Assembly: GCA_010093745.1 (NCBI GenBank)
Contig: MU006044.1
Span: 1 to 42,542, forward strand
Direction: 5' to 3'
Length of the DNA: 42,542 nt
DNA from: Piedraia hortae CBS 480.64
Taxonomy: Eukaryota
The stretch's first letter is position 1; each line of letters begins with the position of its first letter. This document shows, piece after piece, positions 1 to 11,374 of this stretch. The notes beneath the pieces were generated by a model. The model was not told where the DNA came from. It saw only the letters and a list, made by a program, of their open reading frames with translations, and ran no database searches. Position numbers and translations under genes: made by a program.

Positions 1-518
1 GTCAACTAGTTTTCCGTAGAGATTTGTATGCAGGTACACATCTGCTCACAATTATAATACAAATCTACAGATGTCGCAGCGCAATTCTGACTGCAACTCG
101 TCCAGAGTGGTATTGACGACAAGACTTGATTTGCAAGATAAAAAGAGGCGTTCGAGAGTGATCAATATGGTGTTTTTTGCTGAAAGGTGAGTGTCTGGAG
201 GCTTGGAGACTAATGAGAACTTACAATGCTGGAGAAGCTCCGCATGGGCATGGCGACGGCGGCGGTGGCTTTGGTCGTGCCCGAGACACGTCCATGAAGC
301 TCGCGAGCAACACCCGTCGAGATGGAACAAGCTACGTCGCGTGAATCCAGGCTTGGTGCTACCTATGCGTGTCGGACTCGCCCAGCGCAATCTTGATATG
401 GCTCATGAGTAATCATGGAGCTTTCCCACCCGTATGTTGTTGGAGCAGGCATGTCCGGATTTTCGCCGCCCACGCCGGTTGAAGGCTTAACGCGACCCTC
501 TTCGGCCGAGGCAATATT

Positions 519-891
519 TGAAAAGACAGATAGTATGGACGAGTGAGAACGATGGATGGAGAGTAGAGATGTGTTTTTGAGTGAATACAAGTATATCTTC
601 GAGGGAACATCAGAGAATATATTCTGGGCTGGAAGACCAGTGCGTAGCCTCGTATGAAGAGTCATCAATTGTATGACCGTAAGCAAGTGGTTATACATGC
701 AGTAAGACTGTCAGTATGCAGTCTTACTCCATGACTCACCTCAAACAGTAGCAGGGCGCATTTACCATGTCGCATGCGACATGATCCTGAGGGAAACCTC
801 TGTGAGGACAAAACCTAGGGCGCAGCTGCTGGTGTAAGAGGAGTCGCGCAGTGGCATCGTACACTGATAGCAACGAGACTTCATGCCAACA
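519..891 (-). repeat. 3' LTR, type A (373 bp, TG...CA)
   Basis: Starts TGTTGGCATG and ends TCTTTTCA on the minus strand; near-identical to the solo LTR at 22716-23091. Confidence 0.93.
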
Positions 892-899
892 CTCCCCCT
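892..899 (-). other. Polypurine tract (AGGGGGAG) of the copia element
   Basis: Abuts the TG start of the 3' LTR on the minus strand. Confidence 0.85.
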
Positions 900-1014
900 G
901 AAGCGGATTGCTAATAAGCAAGTTGCGGGGTTAGCAAGATAATCAGTAACATGGTGCTTGGCAGGCAAGGTGTTAGTGATCGTGGTGCAGTAGGCCAACT
1001 GTCGAAGCGAGCCT

Positions 1015-3147
1015 CTATAGGGTTGGCTTGGGAAGTGCTTTGCTACAGGCATCCGCAAGGTTATCATGAGAGAGATCACGGCTAACTAAGTAGCTCTTTC
1101 CGTGATGATCCTTGGCGAAGTGGTAGTGGTACGCAATGTGCTTGATGCGACTGGCGCTTTTGGTACCTTGAATTAGAGACTTTGCAGCCTCGTTATCAAT
1201 GAGCAATTGGTACCGATCCAGGGTCCAATTTAGGGAAGCTGGTGCCAGTTCGTGGAGACCTTGTCTGATCCAAACGAGGTGGCTTGCTGCATCAGAGGCG
1301 GCCATGTACTCTGCCTCGCATGTTGATTTGGCAACGTCATATTGTCGATGGCTGTGCCTGGAGATAACAGCATTTCCAACGAGGACGATGTAGCCTTCGT
1401 ATGACTGCGATTCCCAGTCCGATAGCCAAGAGGAGTCTGAGAAGGCGTGGACATTTAGAGCGGAGGTCTTAATTGGTTAACGGAGATGGTAGCTGATAGT
1501 GGCCTTGAGGTACCGTAGTGTTTGGTCTACTAGCACCATGTGCTTTTGCCCAGGCTTGGAGTTGAAAGCGCTGAGCCGGGAGATTGTGTTGGCCAGATCA
1601 GGACGCGTTCCGGTGACCAAATAGTTTAAAGACCCGATCTTCTGTTGGTACAGTCGTAGATCAGCCAGAGGTTCGCCTTCCTGGAGAGGCTCAGGGCGGC
1701 TGTTAGGGTCCATTGGAGTGTGCCGTTGGTTGCAGTTGAACATCCCAAATCGTTTGAGGAGACGCTCGGCATAGTCCTTTTGTGAGATCTCGATGAAGTT
1801 GCTGGTGGTTGAGATCTCAAAGCCAAGGAGGTATCTTGCACGTCCAAGGTCTTTGCATTTGAAAAGTTTGCTCATCCTGTTTTTGAAGATTTGGATGGCG
1901 TTGGACTTCCCCACAAGTAGCAGATCATCAACATAGATGCCGATGAGGATGTGCTGCTTGTCGTGTGCAAAAATACATGGATCGAACTGGGTTTGCATGT
2001 ATCCCTCTTGGACGAGCTTCTTGGTCAGGAGACCATACCACTCTCTTCCAGACTGCTTGAGGCCGTATAAAGCTTTATGGAGCTTAAGAGGGCCGTCAAG
2101 CTCGACGCCTGGCGGTGGGTGGATGTAGATGACCTCGGATAATGAAGCATTGTGGTATGCTGTATCAAAATCCATTTGGTGTGGTGTCCAGCCGTGATGA
2201 GCAGCCAAGGCAAGGAGTAAGCGGAGTGAGTCGTAGCGAGCGACAGGGGCGTAGGTCTCCGAGTAGTCGATACCCTGGACTTGCGAAAAGCCTTGTGCAA
2301 CCAAACGGGCCTTATATCGGACAAGGTTACCGCTGTGGTCGTACTTTTTGGCGTAAACCCATCGACTGCCGACAACGTTTTGAGGAACATGTTGACGGGT
2401 GACCGTAGTCCAAGTTCCATTGTCGGTGTGGGAGTCCAATTCAACTTGCATGGCAGCCTGCCAGTGGTGCCACTCGGGAGACCTGCGAGCTTGAATGTAG
2501 GAGGCAGGAATGTCCGGCGTAGCTGCGGCAAGTGCGATGGCGTCTTGAATTTCATCCGCGTGGGCAAGATGGCCACTTTCTTCTTGATGCAGACGGACGA
2601 CTGGTCGGACAGTTCTGCCGTACCGAGTTGTGATGATATTGGGCTTAGAGACGGGACTTGGCTGGTCCTGGACATGTGGTTGGCTGATGCGGTTGGAGGA
2701 AGAGTCCGCTTGGTGGTTGTCTTGAAGATTTAGGACAGGATCAACATCCGTGTTGTGTTGTTCGTTGGTGCGGTCTTGTGCTTGGTGATTGTCTTGAGAG
2801 TTTGGGACAGGATCAACATCCATGTTGTGCTGTTCGCTGGGCAAGTTTTGAGCTTGGCGGGAACATGACGTTCTGAGACATTAAGATGGCATCTCGTTGC
2901 GGAACATAGACCTTGTAGATCTTGGTGCTGTTGCCATACCCGATAAAGATCGCATCCTCAGCACGATCCAGCAGTTTGGAGTTTGGTGATCTTGCTTCTT
3001 TGGGGATATGGACATAGCAGGGCTCACCAAATATGCGGAGATGTTGGATCGTTGGCTGATTTTTAGTCAGGGCCTCGTAGGGAGTCTTTCCGGAGAGTGT
3101 TGAGTGTGGCTTGATGTTGCGCAGGTATGTCGCAGTATTGATAGCTT
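1015..3147 (-). pseudogene. Copia pol remnant: integrase C-terminus, reverse transcriptase (open 1477-2844), RNase H
   Basis: Integrase tail EAINTATYLRN...KTPYEAL...HLRIFG..CYVH...FIGY; RT motifs YKARLVAQGFSQ, HQMDFDTAY, LYGLKQSGREW, YVDDLL; RNase H motifs EAEYMAAS, DNEAA, KHIAYHYHF, DNLADACSKAL; in-frame stop at 1477 and frame changes. Confidence 0.93.
2708..2836 (-). repeat. Two ~57-bp direct repeats (72-bp period) in the integrase-RT linker
   Basis: Peptides EQHNMDVDPVPNSQDNHQA and EQHNTDVDPVLNLQDNHQA; copies at 2708-2764 and 2780-2836. Confidence 0.85.
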
Positions 3148-3242
3148 CGAGACTTCATGCCAACAATTTTTGTTTCGGCCTTGGTCCGCCTTGAAGCGCG
3201 GCCCTCATTCTCCTCGGCGCTATCATCCATTTGCCAAAGATC

Positions 3243-3381
3243 ATATCACTGGTGTTGACAGGAAACAGCGATGAAAGAAAGACAGAACAAGCAACAATTA
3301 ATCTATCAGCGCCAACAATGTCGATCGTACGATCGACATGCCGAGGCACCGGCAAGGATCGATATTAGTCACCGCCTCGTA
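3243..3381 (-). repeat. Dispersed repeat type C, copy 1 (contains a 22-bp perfect palindrome)
   Basis: Reverse complement aligns with 17092-17268 (GATCCTTGCCGGTGCCTCGGCATGTCGATCGTA.GATCGACAT ... TCTTTCTTTCATCGCTGTTTCCTGTC). Confidence 0.85.
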
Positions 3382-3799
3382 GGTCACTTGTTGAAGCTGC
3401 ACAATCGCAAAGCCTGGCCCCTCTGGAGACCTTGGGAGACCCAGACGGATTGGCCAAGGGCCTGGGGACAGACAAGCACGCAGGCCTCGGGGCTGATGGT
3501 TCAGCATACTTGCACTTTTGCTTTGGCACTTTCGGTCCTGCTGTGAATGGGCAACCTGGCGTTGTACAAATACTTATACATCGAATGGAGCGCTACAAGT
3601 GCCGCTGCGTGGGTATAGTTCAATCTTGGCATGATAGCTTCTTGGAAATGAGCGTAATATTGAGACATTTTCCTTGAAGCATCATTTATCGTAACCCCGC
3701 CGTCGTCAACCTTCAGAATCATCGAAGCAGCTTAGGAGATGTTTGCATATCAAGAAGCTGCTTGTCAAGAATGCCGGGCAGGCACGCGCTCATCTCACT

Positions 3800-5130
3800 G
3801 AGATTGTATAGCGTTGTCGAAGAGACGATTCGGTGACGGCGCTATTGCGCAGCTTCTTGAATTCCGCCTTGTAGGCCTTGCGCCAGCTTGCCCGGTCATC
3901 GAGGTTCCCTTCCGTCCTGTCCTTTGCTCGGAGTGTTGACTCTGGCAGCACGTGTTCGAGCAAGATAGAAGCGACATGGTCAACTCTTGACCGGTTGTAC
4001 TGGTGAAGGAAGCCGTGCTTGATCTTCCTCCAGTGACTCCACGACCATCGTAGTTTTGACGATCGTGATTATAGCTGGGCTCGTCAACCTAGCCCCTGTA
4101 GCGATAGTGATATCGTGGATAGAAGTGCGCAGCGGCCCGAACTAGGAGGGCGTAGCGATAGACAGTGTCGATATGACAGTGTGAATGACTATGTCTCCGA
4201 GGGGACGTCGGAATAAATATTCTGTACCGGTGGGCCGGTGACATCACGTCTTACACTAGCAGGGCGCATTCGCCATGTCACATGCGACATGACCCTGAGG
4301 GAAAATCTCTGTGAGGGAGAAACCTGGGATGCAGCTGGTAGTGTGGTATCGCTGACTTGATATGCAAGTGCCCCGCATATGCGCTAGCGGCGATGCTTAA
4401 CTCCGACAGCCCCCAGCTTCCACTTATCCGGCTGGCGTCAATGCATCCAGAGATATGCCCAGAGATGGACATGGTCCCACTGCTTGCACCAGCGGTACAT
4501 CTCTGTGGCACACTTTTTGTAGATGGCTTCAGGCGTACGGAACATAACATTGGCGTCCGGAATCAAGGAATGGGCATTGAAATGCCGGGCAAAAAGGTCC
4601 AAAACAACTTCACGTTCCTTGCTGGAGATTTTGCATGGGACAGGTTTCCCATCGCAGGCGTTAGCTCTAATTGCCCGAGGTTGCTCAATCAGCTCTACAC
4701 GTCGGCTATCCCTGGAAGTAGTAAGTGTCGGGTAGTTTGGCATTCAGGTAAGCGTTGATGGCGTCAAGGTGGCTGAGGACACTTTATAAACATCACTCGT
4801 ATTTCATATAAGCCCTCCAGGTCGTTGTATGAGGCTTTTGCATCCAATATACAAAAGGTTCATATAGCTAGATTAGCAGCATGGGTTACGTCGATTGACG
4901 CTTGGAGATCTCCTCGAGCGCAGAGCCGCCCACCTCTACCGCTTCCCCAGCCTGTCCGTTAAGGGCGTATATCGGTCTGCCATGTGCTGAGTCTTGTGGA
5001 GTAAGAATGGTGGATGTTGTGACCATGATCCATCTGTGGATGCGATGTATACCCTTTTTAGAGTCCGAACTCCAAGCTTCTCACAGGAATGATTTCCATT
5101 TCCATTGACGTGGTTGATCCTTTTCAATCA
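3800..5130 (-). pseudogene. Degenerate Mutator-like (MULE/SWIM-type) transposase relic, interrupted by a solo LTR
   Basis: Reads RHFNAHSLIP...EMYRWC...LWAYLWMH, then past the LTR KTTMVVES-(frameshift)-HWRKIKHGFLHQYNRSRVD, matching the fungal MULE-like HPLIP / WAYLW / TTMxVESHWRxIKH pattern; ends approximate. Confidence 0.6.
4097..4408 (-). mobile_element. Solo LTR, type B (3'-shortened subtype), TSD GCCCC
   Basis: TG...CA ends; GCCCC at 4092-4096 and 4409-4413; homologous to 37750-38114. Confidence 0.92.
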
Positions 5131-5436
5131 TTGCTTCAATATCAAGACGGTAAAGCTCCCGGGCTTTAACGGGAAGTCATAATAATCATGGTGCGGTCCA
5201 ATTCGGTGGGATATCTCCATGGAATAGCTGCACACCAAGAGATATCACCCTCCATCACACTATGCTGCAACCTCGATGCCCACACAAACTCATGAAATTC
5301 GACCGATAATGTGAATTCACCGTTTTCGCAAATATCCGTAACGGATATGCCGTTACGATATCTTACAAATGACTAACGCCAACAGCGTCGACCGTCGCAG
5401 CGCCAATGACCGGCTCTCGCGCTGTCTTGAGACGGC

Positions 5437-7722
5437 ATGGTGAAAGATGATGATAGCTCAAATCCTCCTCCAGCGAAGCGCGTGAGGCGCGACGTTGTGT
5501 CGCCCTCTGACGACGAAGCGCAAGACCTGAACGCACTGCCGGCAGAACGCGCTCCAGGGATTGAATCAGTCTTGCCACCCGTTCAAACGACACAAGAGGC
5601 CATTGAAGAATATGAGGCGGGGCGAAATGCGCAGTTGGGAGCAAAAGGCCGGCTTGAACGGCGAGAATGGGTGAGGGGCAAGAGCTCAATATACGTAGAT
5701 GCATTTATTCTGGCGTTGGAGACTGTCCTGACTAATGAAGGACATCTATTCGATGCCGCTGAGCATGAAGTGTTTGCGCAGTGGCAGCAGTTGAGCTATG
5801 ACGCGCAGTATCTCTATGTGAGGCTGTTTCTGAGGAAAACCTCCAGTTGGCATCGGATACGAAAACTGGCTTACCAGAGTGATATTACAGATCTCGCTAA
5901 GGCTGCTAAGGAGTTGCAGTTGGTGAAACAATTGCCGCAATCTGCGTCTCAAGGTATGGAGAACTCGTTCGGGACACAATTCAGCTTCGCAGATAGATCA
6001 GAGGATTGCATCAATGATCTAGAGGAAGCGTCGTCATTGTTACTTTTCGACGAGCTGAAAGCACTAGCAAGGAATACCAAGGTGCAGGGAAGGACTAAGA
6101 AGGAGCTGCTGAAGGCGTTCCGGCAAGAGAGCAATTCGCAGACCGGTCTAGACTTCAACTCGAGGCATGATAGTCCTGGAAATCGGGACGTCCTCTGGAT
6201 TGGTAAAATATTGGACGAGACTGGCCCTTGCATTCGTCTATCTTTGAACATTCTGCAGTTGTTTGAAAGGGTGCATTTGGTCTTTTATCGTGCCACAGAA
6301 TGGACAGAAAAGTCACTGACGACCATCATTCTGGCTCGCACATCACGTCGTAACTTCCCTGATTACATTGTCTCTCGTTCTGTAAACATATTTGCTACAC
6401 GATCGCTGGTGCAAGAGTATGAAGAGGCACTGCGTACTCAAAATCGGGTTGATAACATTTTAGAGTCCAGTGGGCCTTTGAACAAGGAAAAATTGCAAAT
6501 TGTGCTGGAGCATTTTGAAAGAATCTACCCTAGATGGCGGATATTGCTCGAGGAAGAGCAGCAAAAAGAAGACAGCATCTATCTGACGGGTGAGGGGCCA
6601 TACCTTCGACGTTTATCTCCTGCATGGGTGTACGCGCGCCTCGTCTACAAAGGCGTTTATGTCCTTGGGCGATTTAAAGACTATAAGCGAGAACACCAGC
6701 TGCTCACTGAACTCCTCGAGCAGCGACTATTCCATACGAGCAAGCGAGGCGACTGGTACCAGCGCAAGGCCCTCATTGAAGAACACTACATGTACCTCCA
6801 CCTACCCTCTCCAACGTCTTGCCAAGACGAAGAAACTATAAAGAAACACTGGCGACGAATAGCACTGCAGACGTGCGAGGCCGGCCTCGAGGATCAACTG
6901 ACCCATCTCATCTACCATCATGACCTACAAAAACGGATCCTCAAGCTTGAAAAAGCACTAAAAATCCCCAAACGTCAGCAACACACCTTTGACCACGTCC
7001 GCCTCACGCGTCCCGCGGAGCGAACCTTCTCAGGCATTCGCATCGACCGTCCATCCAACCGCACCGTCTGGGTCGATCCAAATGACCCCAAAGGTGAATG
7101 CACCGTCGAGGACCTCTGCCTGGCACACTACTCCTGCGAAATGGGATTCAAAGGTTATCACAGCGAAGGCGGAATTCTACAAACACTCTTTGCCTACCTC
7201 TTCTACGACATATTATTCGCATACATGCCCAATGTCTTTCAAACCTCATATCAAACCTGTCCCTTAGACCTACACACAGATGCCTTCTACCCCTCCCGCC
7301 TCAGCGAGATCAACACCCGATTAAACGAAATATCCAATGGCCGCGCAGCGGCCATCGTACAAGGAATCTGGAACGCTCACAGCGAGAAACGAACCTGCAT
7401 CATCGGCCTAAACTGGGACTTTCCCCTCAATGACATCCTCGAAATCGCAACAGCATTCCCTCCCCAAGCCCTCAGCTCCGTTCTTCGCATTCTCGCGCAA
7501 GAATACGGCCCGCGAGGGCGTGGAGTTCCCGACCTCCTCCTCTGGAAAGAAAACGTCATCCTCTTCGCAGAAGTCAAAAGCGAAAATGATCGACTCAGCG
7601 ACGCACAGCGAGTCTGGCTCCATGTCCTTTCCGAAGCAGGCGTAGACGTAGAACTCTGCAACGTCGTGGCCACCGAAGTCCGAAGCACGAAAACCGGAAT
7701 GGAAAAATACTTAGAACCATAA
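5437..7722 (+). CDS. FAN1: Fanconi-associated nuclease 1 (VRR-NUC domain)
   Basis: 761-aa ORF; LYVRLFLRK, LFERVHLVFYR, GYHSEGG, FQTSYQTCPLDL and C-terminal GVPDLLLW..FAEVKSENDRLSDAQRVW motifs. Exact start uncertain. Confidence 0.93.
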   Translation: MVKDDDSSNPPPAKRVRRDVVSPSDDEAQDLNALPAERAPGIESVLPPVQTTQEAIEEYEAGRNAQLGAKGRLERREWVRGKSSIYVDAFILALETVLTNEGHLFDAAEHEVFAQWQQLSYDAQYLYVRLFLRKTSSWHRIRKLAYQSDITDLAKAAKELQLVKQLPQSASQGMENSFGTQFSFADRSEDCINDLEEASSLLLFDELKALARNTKVQGRTKKELLKAFRQESNSQTGLDFNSRHDSPGNRDVLWIGKILDETGPCIRLSLNILQLFERVHLVFYRATEWTEKSLTTIILARTSRRNFPDYIVSRSVNIFATRSLVQEYEEALRTQNRVDNILESSGPLNKEKLQIVLEHFERIYPRWRILLEEEQQKEDSIYLTGEGPYLRRLSPAWVYARLVYKGVYVLGRFKDYKREHQLLTELLEQRLFHTSKRGDWYQRKALIEEHYMYLHLPSPTSCQDEETIKKHWRRIALQTCEAGLEDQLTHLIYHHDLQKRILKLEKALKIPKRQQHTFDHVRLTRPAERTFSGIRIDRPSNRTVWVDPNDPKGECTVEDLCLAHYSCEMGFKGYHSEGGILQTLFAYLFYDILFAYMPNVFQTSYQTCPLDLHTDAFYPSRLSEINTRLNEISNGRAAAIVQGIWNAHSEKRTCIIGLNWDFPLNDILEIATAFPPQALSSVLRILAQEYGPRGRGVPDLLLWKENVILFAEVKSENDRLSDAQRVWLHVLSEAGVDVELCNVVATEVRSTKTGMEKYLEP

Positions 7723-7734
7723 CCTCAAAATATC

Positions 7735-8302
7735 TTACATCTTACTCAAATAATTCCTCTCCCGAATCTCCTTCCGTCTCTTATACCTCAAATCTCTCGT
7801 CAGTTCCCTCCTCGACGACTCAGCACGAACCGCTTCCTCCAACGACCCATCGCCAGCAGGCAAATCCCTCGTCTGTTCCCTAGGTGAGGTCTTCTCAGCT
7901 TCCGATTTCATCGATTCTCGTTTCAGCAATGCAGCGGCAGCTTTCTTTCGCTGGCTTTTTGACTTCGCTGTTCCAATCGCTTAGTACTTTTTTATCATCT
8001 CAATAGCGGGTGAACGTACAATATAGATCCCCCTCATCAGCACCCAGCCCCGCCTCGGCGGTTTCTTTCTTCGCATCAAGCGTGTGCCATAACCAGTCGG
8101 GATATTCATCGTTCTCTTTGGCGATCGGGTCTTGAAAGTTTTTTTGGAAGTTAAGGCCTTTTAGGACGAGGCCTGCGGGCGCAATTGAGTGGGTTTTTTT
8201 CACCTTTGGGGTGGAGGAGTCGGATGGGGTTGTTGAGGTGGAATAGGCGCGTATAGAAGGGAGGAGAGAGCGGATTAATTGTAAAGAGTGGCGGGAGAGC
8301 AT
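7735..8302 (-). CDS. MRPL37: Mitochondrial large-subunit ribosomal protein mL54 (yeast MrpL37 family); exons 8302-8020 and 7967-7735
   Basis: Presequence-like N-terminus; VLKGLNF..DPIAKENDEYPDWLW motif; C-terminal RRKEIRERNYL; 52-nt GT..CTAAG..CAG intron (8019-7968) restores frame, 171 aa. Confidence 0.88.
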
Positions 8303-8542
8303 GGTTTCTTTGCCGATGTGATGGCGATGTGATGAGGTGAGGTTCCTGCGAGGGAGCGGGCCGAACCTTGTTTGGACGGTTGGACCAACCCAATCGTGGG
8401 ATGAAAGTTTGACACTCGACTCGGAAAGCATTCTCTTCAGCGAATAAACGTAGTACTCAAGCTAGGAGAGATGGCACAGTGTTTGATTTATAGGTATACA
8501 TGAAACTTAGCAATAGCAATTCATACACAATAACGCATGCAA

Positions 8543-9814
8543 CTAAAGCTCATCCCTCTTTACCCTTTCATCCTGCTCGACCGGCGCTTCTGTCTCGAAA
8601 GTTTTCTTCTTCGGGTTCTTTGGGATATCACCTCTCTCTTGGAGAATAGTGCCATCTCCACGTCTGACAACATTCTCACCCTCCTTTTGCTGCGGAAAAT
8701 TGTCTTTGATTCCCACCATGTTTCCAATTTTGTCCAAAAGGGATCCGTCTTTACCCAATTTTGCGCCGGCACCACCACCGCCGACTGGGACACCACCTCC
8801 ACGTTGGATGCGCTCGCGGTCTTCCATGTTAATTTTCGGGATACCTCCGGATGCACTGGGCTGGACAATTAATGGTGCGCGGCTTTGAGCTATACTTGTA
8901 GTGGTTCCTGCTTTTGTGAGGACACCGGTGAGGGTGAGGAACAGCAGAAACGGTTTGATGAACAGCCACCAGATGAAAAGGTAGGTGAGCCTCCAGAGGA
9001 ACAGAGGAAGCTTGAAGAAAGGTCCGTAGAGAATGCGGCGGAAAAAGAGCCAGCAGAGGGTTGCAAGTAAGATGTAGAAGGCGGTTTCGAGATACCAGGT
9101 ATCGCTTTTTTGGCTGCGGAGAAGTGTGGAGAGTATGTCTTTTGACTTGTCGAGTGCGGAGCTGAGGTCTGTGTAGGTGTCGCCGAGTTGCTGCAAGGCC
9201 GCAGAGGACTCTTCAAACGTTTCTTGTGCGAAGCGGGAGCGAGAGAGTTCTGTGGACAACAAGGCGTGAGTCCGTCTTAGTGCGGCAGTGACGTCTGTAG
9301 ATGCTTGAGCTTCTGCTTCGGCCTTGGAGAGTGGTTTTTGTTCCTTCTTTGGGCGCCTTGTGCTGAAGAGATCGCCCGCCGCTTGTTCGTTTGGTGTTGA
9401 TGAGCGAAGAGCTACGAACGCTGCATCACGCTCTTTGCTCTTGGCTTTGTCACTGGCTCTTTTAGCTGACAATTGGGCGCTCCGGAAGCGGTTGCGCGAA
9501 TGGCTCAGTTCCTCGCCGAAACGCGTACACTGAATGCTTAGCCGAAGGTCCTTGCGCTGTCGATCGCTTTCACGGCGCTTTGCACTATAATCCACGGGGA
9601 CAGGGGGTTTGAGGTCTTCGATATCCTGACGCAGGAGGTCGTATTCCTCTTCAAGCGCTTTGAGGCTTTCGTGAATGTCTTCGCCCAGTTCAACGCGCTC
9701 AGTGTCGGCGTCAGCCGATCCTTCCTGGAATTGAAGCTTGGAGAGGCGTTTGATCAGAGCGTTTGCTCCTTTGAGAGATTCTTGGAGTTGTGAGATTCTT
9801 TGTTGTTCTGCCAT
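8543..9814 (-). CDS. SEC20: ER SNARE Sec20
   Basis: Coiled-coil N-terminus; ASTDVTAALRRTHALLSTELSRS SNARE region; SQKSDTWYL followed by a TM segment; C-terminal RDEL ER-retrieval signal. Confidence 0.9.
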   Translation of the reverse strand: MAEQQRISQLQESLKGANALIKRLSKLQFQEGSADADTERVELGEDIHESLKALEEEYDLLRQDIEDLKPPVPVDYSAKRRESDRQRKDLRLSIQCTRFGEELSHSRNRFRSAQLSAKRASDKAKSKERDAAFVALRSSTPNEQAAGDLFSTRRPKKEQKPLSKAEAEAQASTDVTAALRRTHALLSTELSRSRFAQETFEESSAALQQLGDTYTDLSSALDKSKDILSTLLRSQKSDTWYLETAFYILLATLCWLFFRRILYGPFFKLPLFLWRLTYLFIWWLFIKPFLLFLTLTGVLTKAGTTTSIAQSRAPLIVQPSASGGIPKINMEDRERIQRGGGVPVGGGGAGAKLGKDGSLLDKIGNMVGIKDNFPQQKEGENVVRRGDGTILQERGDIPKNPKKKTFETEAPVEQDERVKRDEL

Positions 9815-10013
9815 TGTTGGTGGAAGGTGAGGTGAGGTCGACAAGGCGCTGCGCTAGTTGACTGGCTCCCTGCGATAATGCTATTTATTGTATTTACCGT
9901 AATAACTGACCGCCGACTTCACGCCATAGGAACGCGGATGAAAGGGAGTAGACTTCCCCTGCTATGTGCCATTTATAAGTCCATCCGTCTTTCCAGTTCC
10001 TTCTTGCTCCAAG
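9815..10013. promoter_or_regulatory. Probable bidirectional promoter shared by SEC20 and ERV46
   Basis: Only 199 bp separate the two divergent start codons. Confidence 0.55.
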
Positions 10014-11374
10014 ATGCCCCCCAAATCGCGCTTCACGCGGCTGGACGCCTTCACCAAGACGGTGGAAGATGCGCGCGTGAGGACGACATCAGGGGGTGTA
10101 GTTACTCTAGTCTCGTTGGTTCTGATTGTCTACCTATTAATGGGCGAATGGGCTGAGTACCGGCGGCTGGTAGTCCATCCGGAGCTCATTGTTGACCAAG
10201 GTCGGGGTGAGAAGATGGAGATCCATCTTAATATCACATTCCCTCGCATCCCATGCGAACTACTATCGCTTGATGTCATGGATGTTAGTGGCGAGGTTCA
10301 GAACGGTGTCATGCATGGAATCAAAAATGTCCGTCTGCGGCCTGAGAGAGAGGGTGGAGGAGAAATCTCGAGCTCCGCTTTGCTGCTTGGCTACCCGGAA
10401 GATCCTCCGCAACACAAAGATCCAAACTATTGTGGAGAATGCTATGGCCGTCCAGCGCCGCCGAATGCAGAGAAACCGGGATGTTGCAATACTTGCGCCG
10501 AGGTGCGAGAAGCATATGCCAATGGTGGCTGGGCGTTTGGACGCGGGGAGAACGTCGAGCAGTGTGAGCGTGAGCACTACGCTGAACGTCTTGACCAGCA
10601 GAGACCGGAAGGCTGCCGAGTTGAGGGAAGCATTCGTGTGAACAAGGTCGTTGGGAACTTCCATTTTGCTCCTGGCAAGTCCATATCTAAGGGCAATGTT
10701 CATGTCCACGATCTAGACAACTACCTCGCTGGTGGAAAGGATATCAAGCATACCTTTAGCCACAAAATCCACTACTTACGATTTGGTCCTCAGCTTCCAG
10801 ACGCTCTGACCTCACGCATGGATAAGAAGTTGATGACTTGGACGAGTCACCACACCAATCCCCTGGATGGCGCTGAGCAGCTCACCAATGAGATTCCCTA
10901 CAGCTACATGTACTATATTAAAGTCGTCAGCACAGCTTATTTGCCACTGGGCTGGAAATCCACGCGTTCCATCCTCGACATTCCCCATGAACGCATCGAG
11001 CTAGGGGGCTATGGAAAGGGCGAAGCTGGTAGCGTCGAGGCGCACCAGTACTCTGTATCACTGCATGAACGCAGCCTGACCGGCGGTGATGCCAGTGACC
11101 AAGGGCATAAGGAGCGAATACATGCTAAAGGCGGTATTCCTGGTGTTTTCTTTTCTTACGTTCGTTAACCCTTTCCCGGAAATGGCCTTTGCTAAATGCA
11201 TACTAGGACATCTCTCCCATGAAAGTCATCAATCGGGAAGTCAGAGGAAAGTCGTTTTCCGGCTTCCTAGTTGGAGCGTGTGCCATCATTGGAGGCACCC
11301 TTACTGTTGCGGCCGCTGTTGACCGTGCTTTGTATGAAGGACAAGCGAAGCTTAAGAAGTTGCATTCGGGTTGA
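10014..11374 (+). CDS. ERV46: ER-derived vesicle protein Erv46 (ERGIC3 family); exons 10014-11159 and 11207-11374
   Basis: LDAFTKT..RTTSGG, YCGECYG..CCNTCAEVREAY, VNKVVGNFHFAPG, PGVFFSY|DISPMKV; 47-nt GT..GCTAA..TAG intron; KKLHSG end. Confidence 0.95.

Larger units (their letters stand above)
519..3165 (-). mobile_element. Ty1/copia LTR retrotransposon, internally deleted (lacks most of 5' LTR, PBS, gag, protease and N-terminal integrase)
   Basis: Complete 3' LTR (519-891) preceded by a purine tract; pol order integrase-RT-RNaseH; 18-bp 5' LTR stub TGTTGGCATGAAGTCTCG at 3165-3148; near-perfect TSD ATATT (514-518) / ATTTT (3166-3170). Confidence 0.92.

Noticed and set aside
17..70. 10-bp inverted repeat AGATTTGTAT/ATACAAATCT
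   Set aside because: Short, AT-rich, at the window edge and without a TSD.
363..1079. Short ORFs such as MKSRCYQCTMPLRDSSY and MYNHLLTVIQL that recur at 15173 and 22633-23098
   Set aside because: They recur only because they lie inside LTR copies; indels between copies break the frames.
5331..5362. Overlapping dyads ATATCCGTAACGGATAT / GTAACGG..CCGTTAC upstream of FAN1, with a nearby CTAAC..CAG
   Set aside because: Could be a promoter site or a UTR intron, but I could not build an in-frame upstream exon or assign a function.
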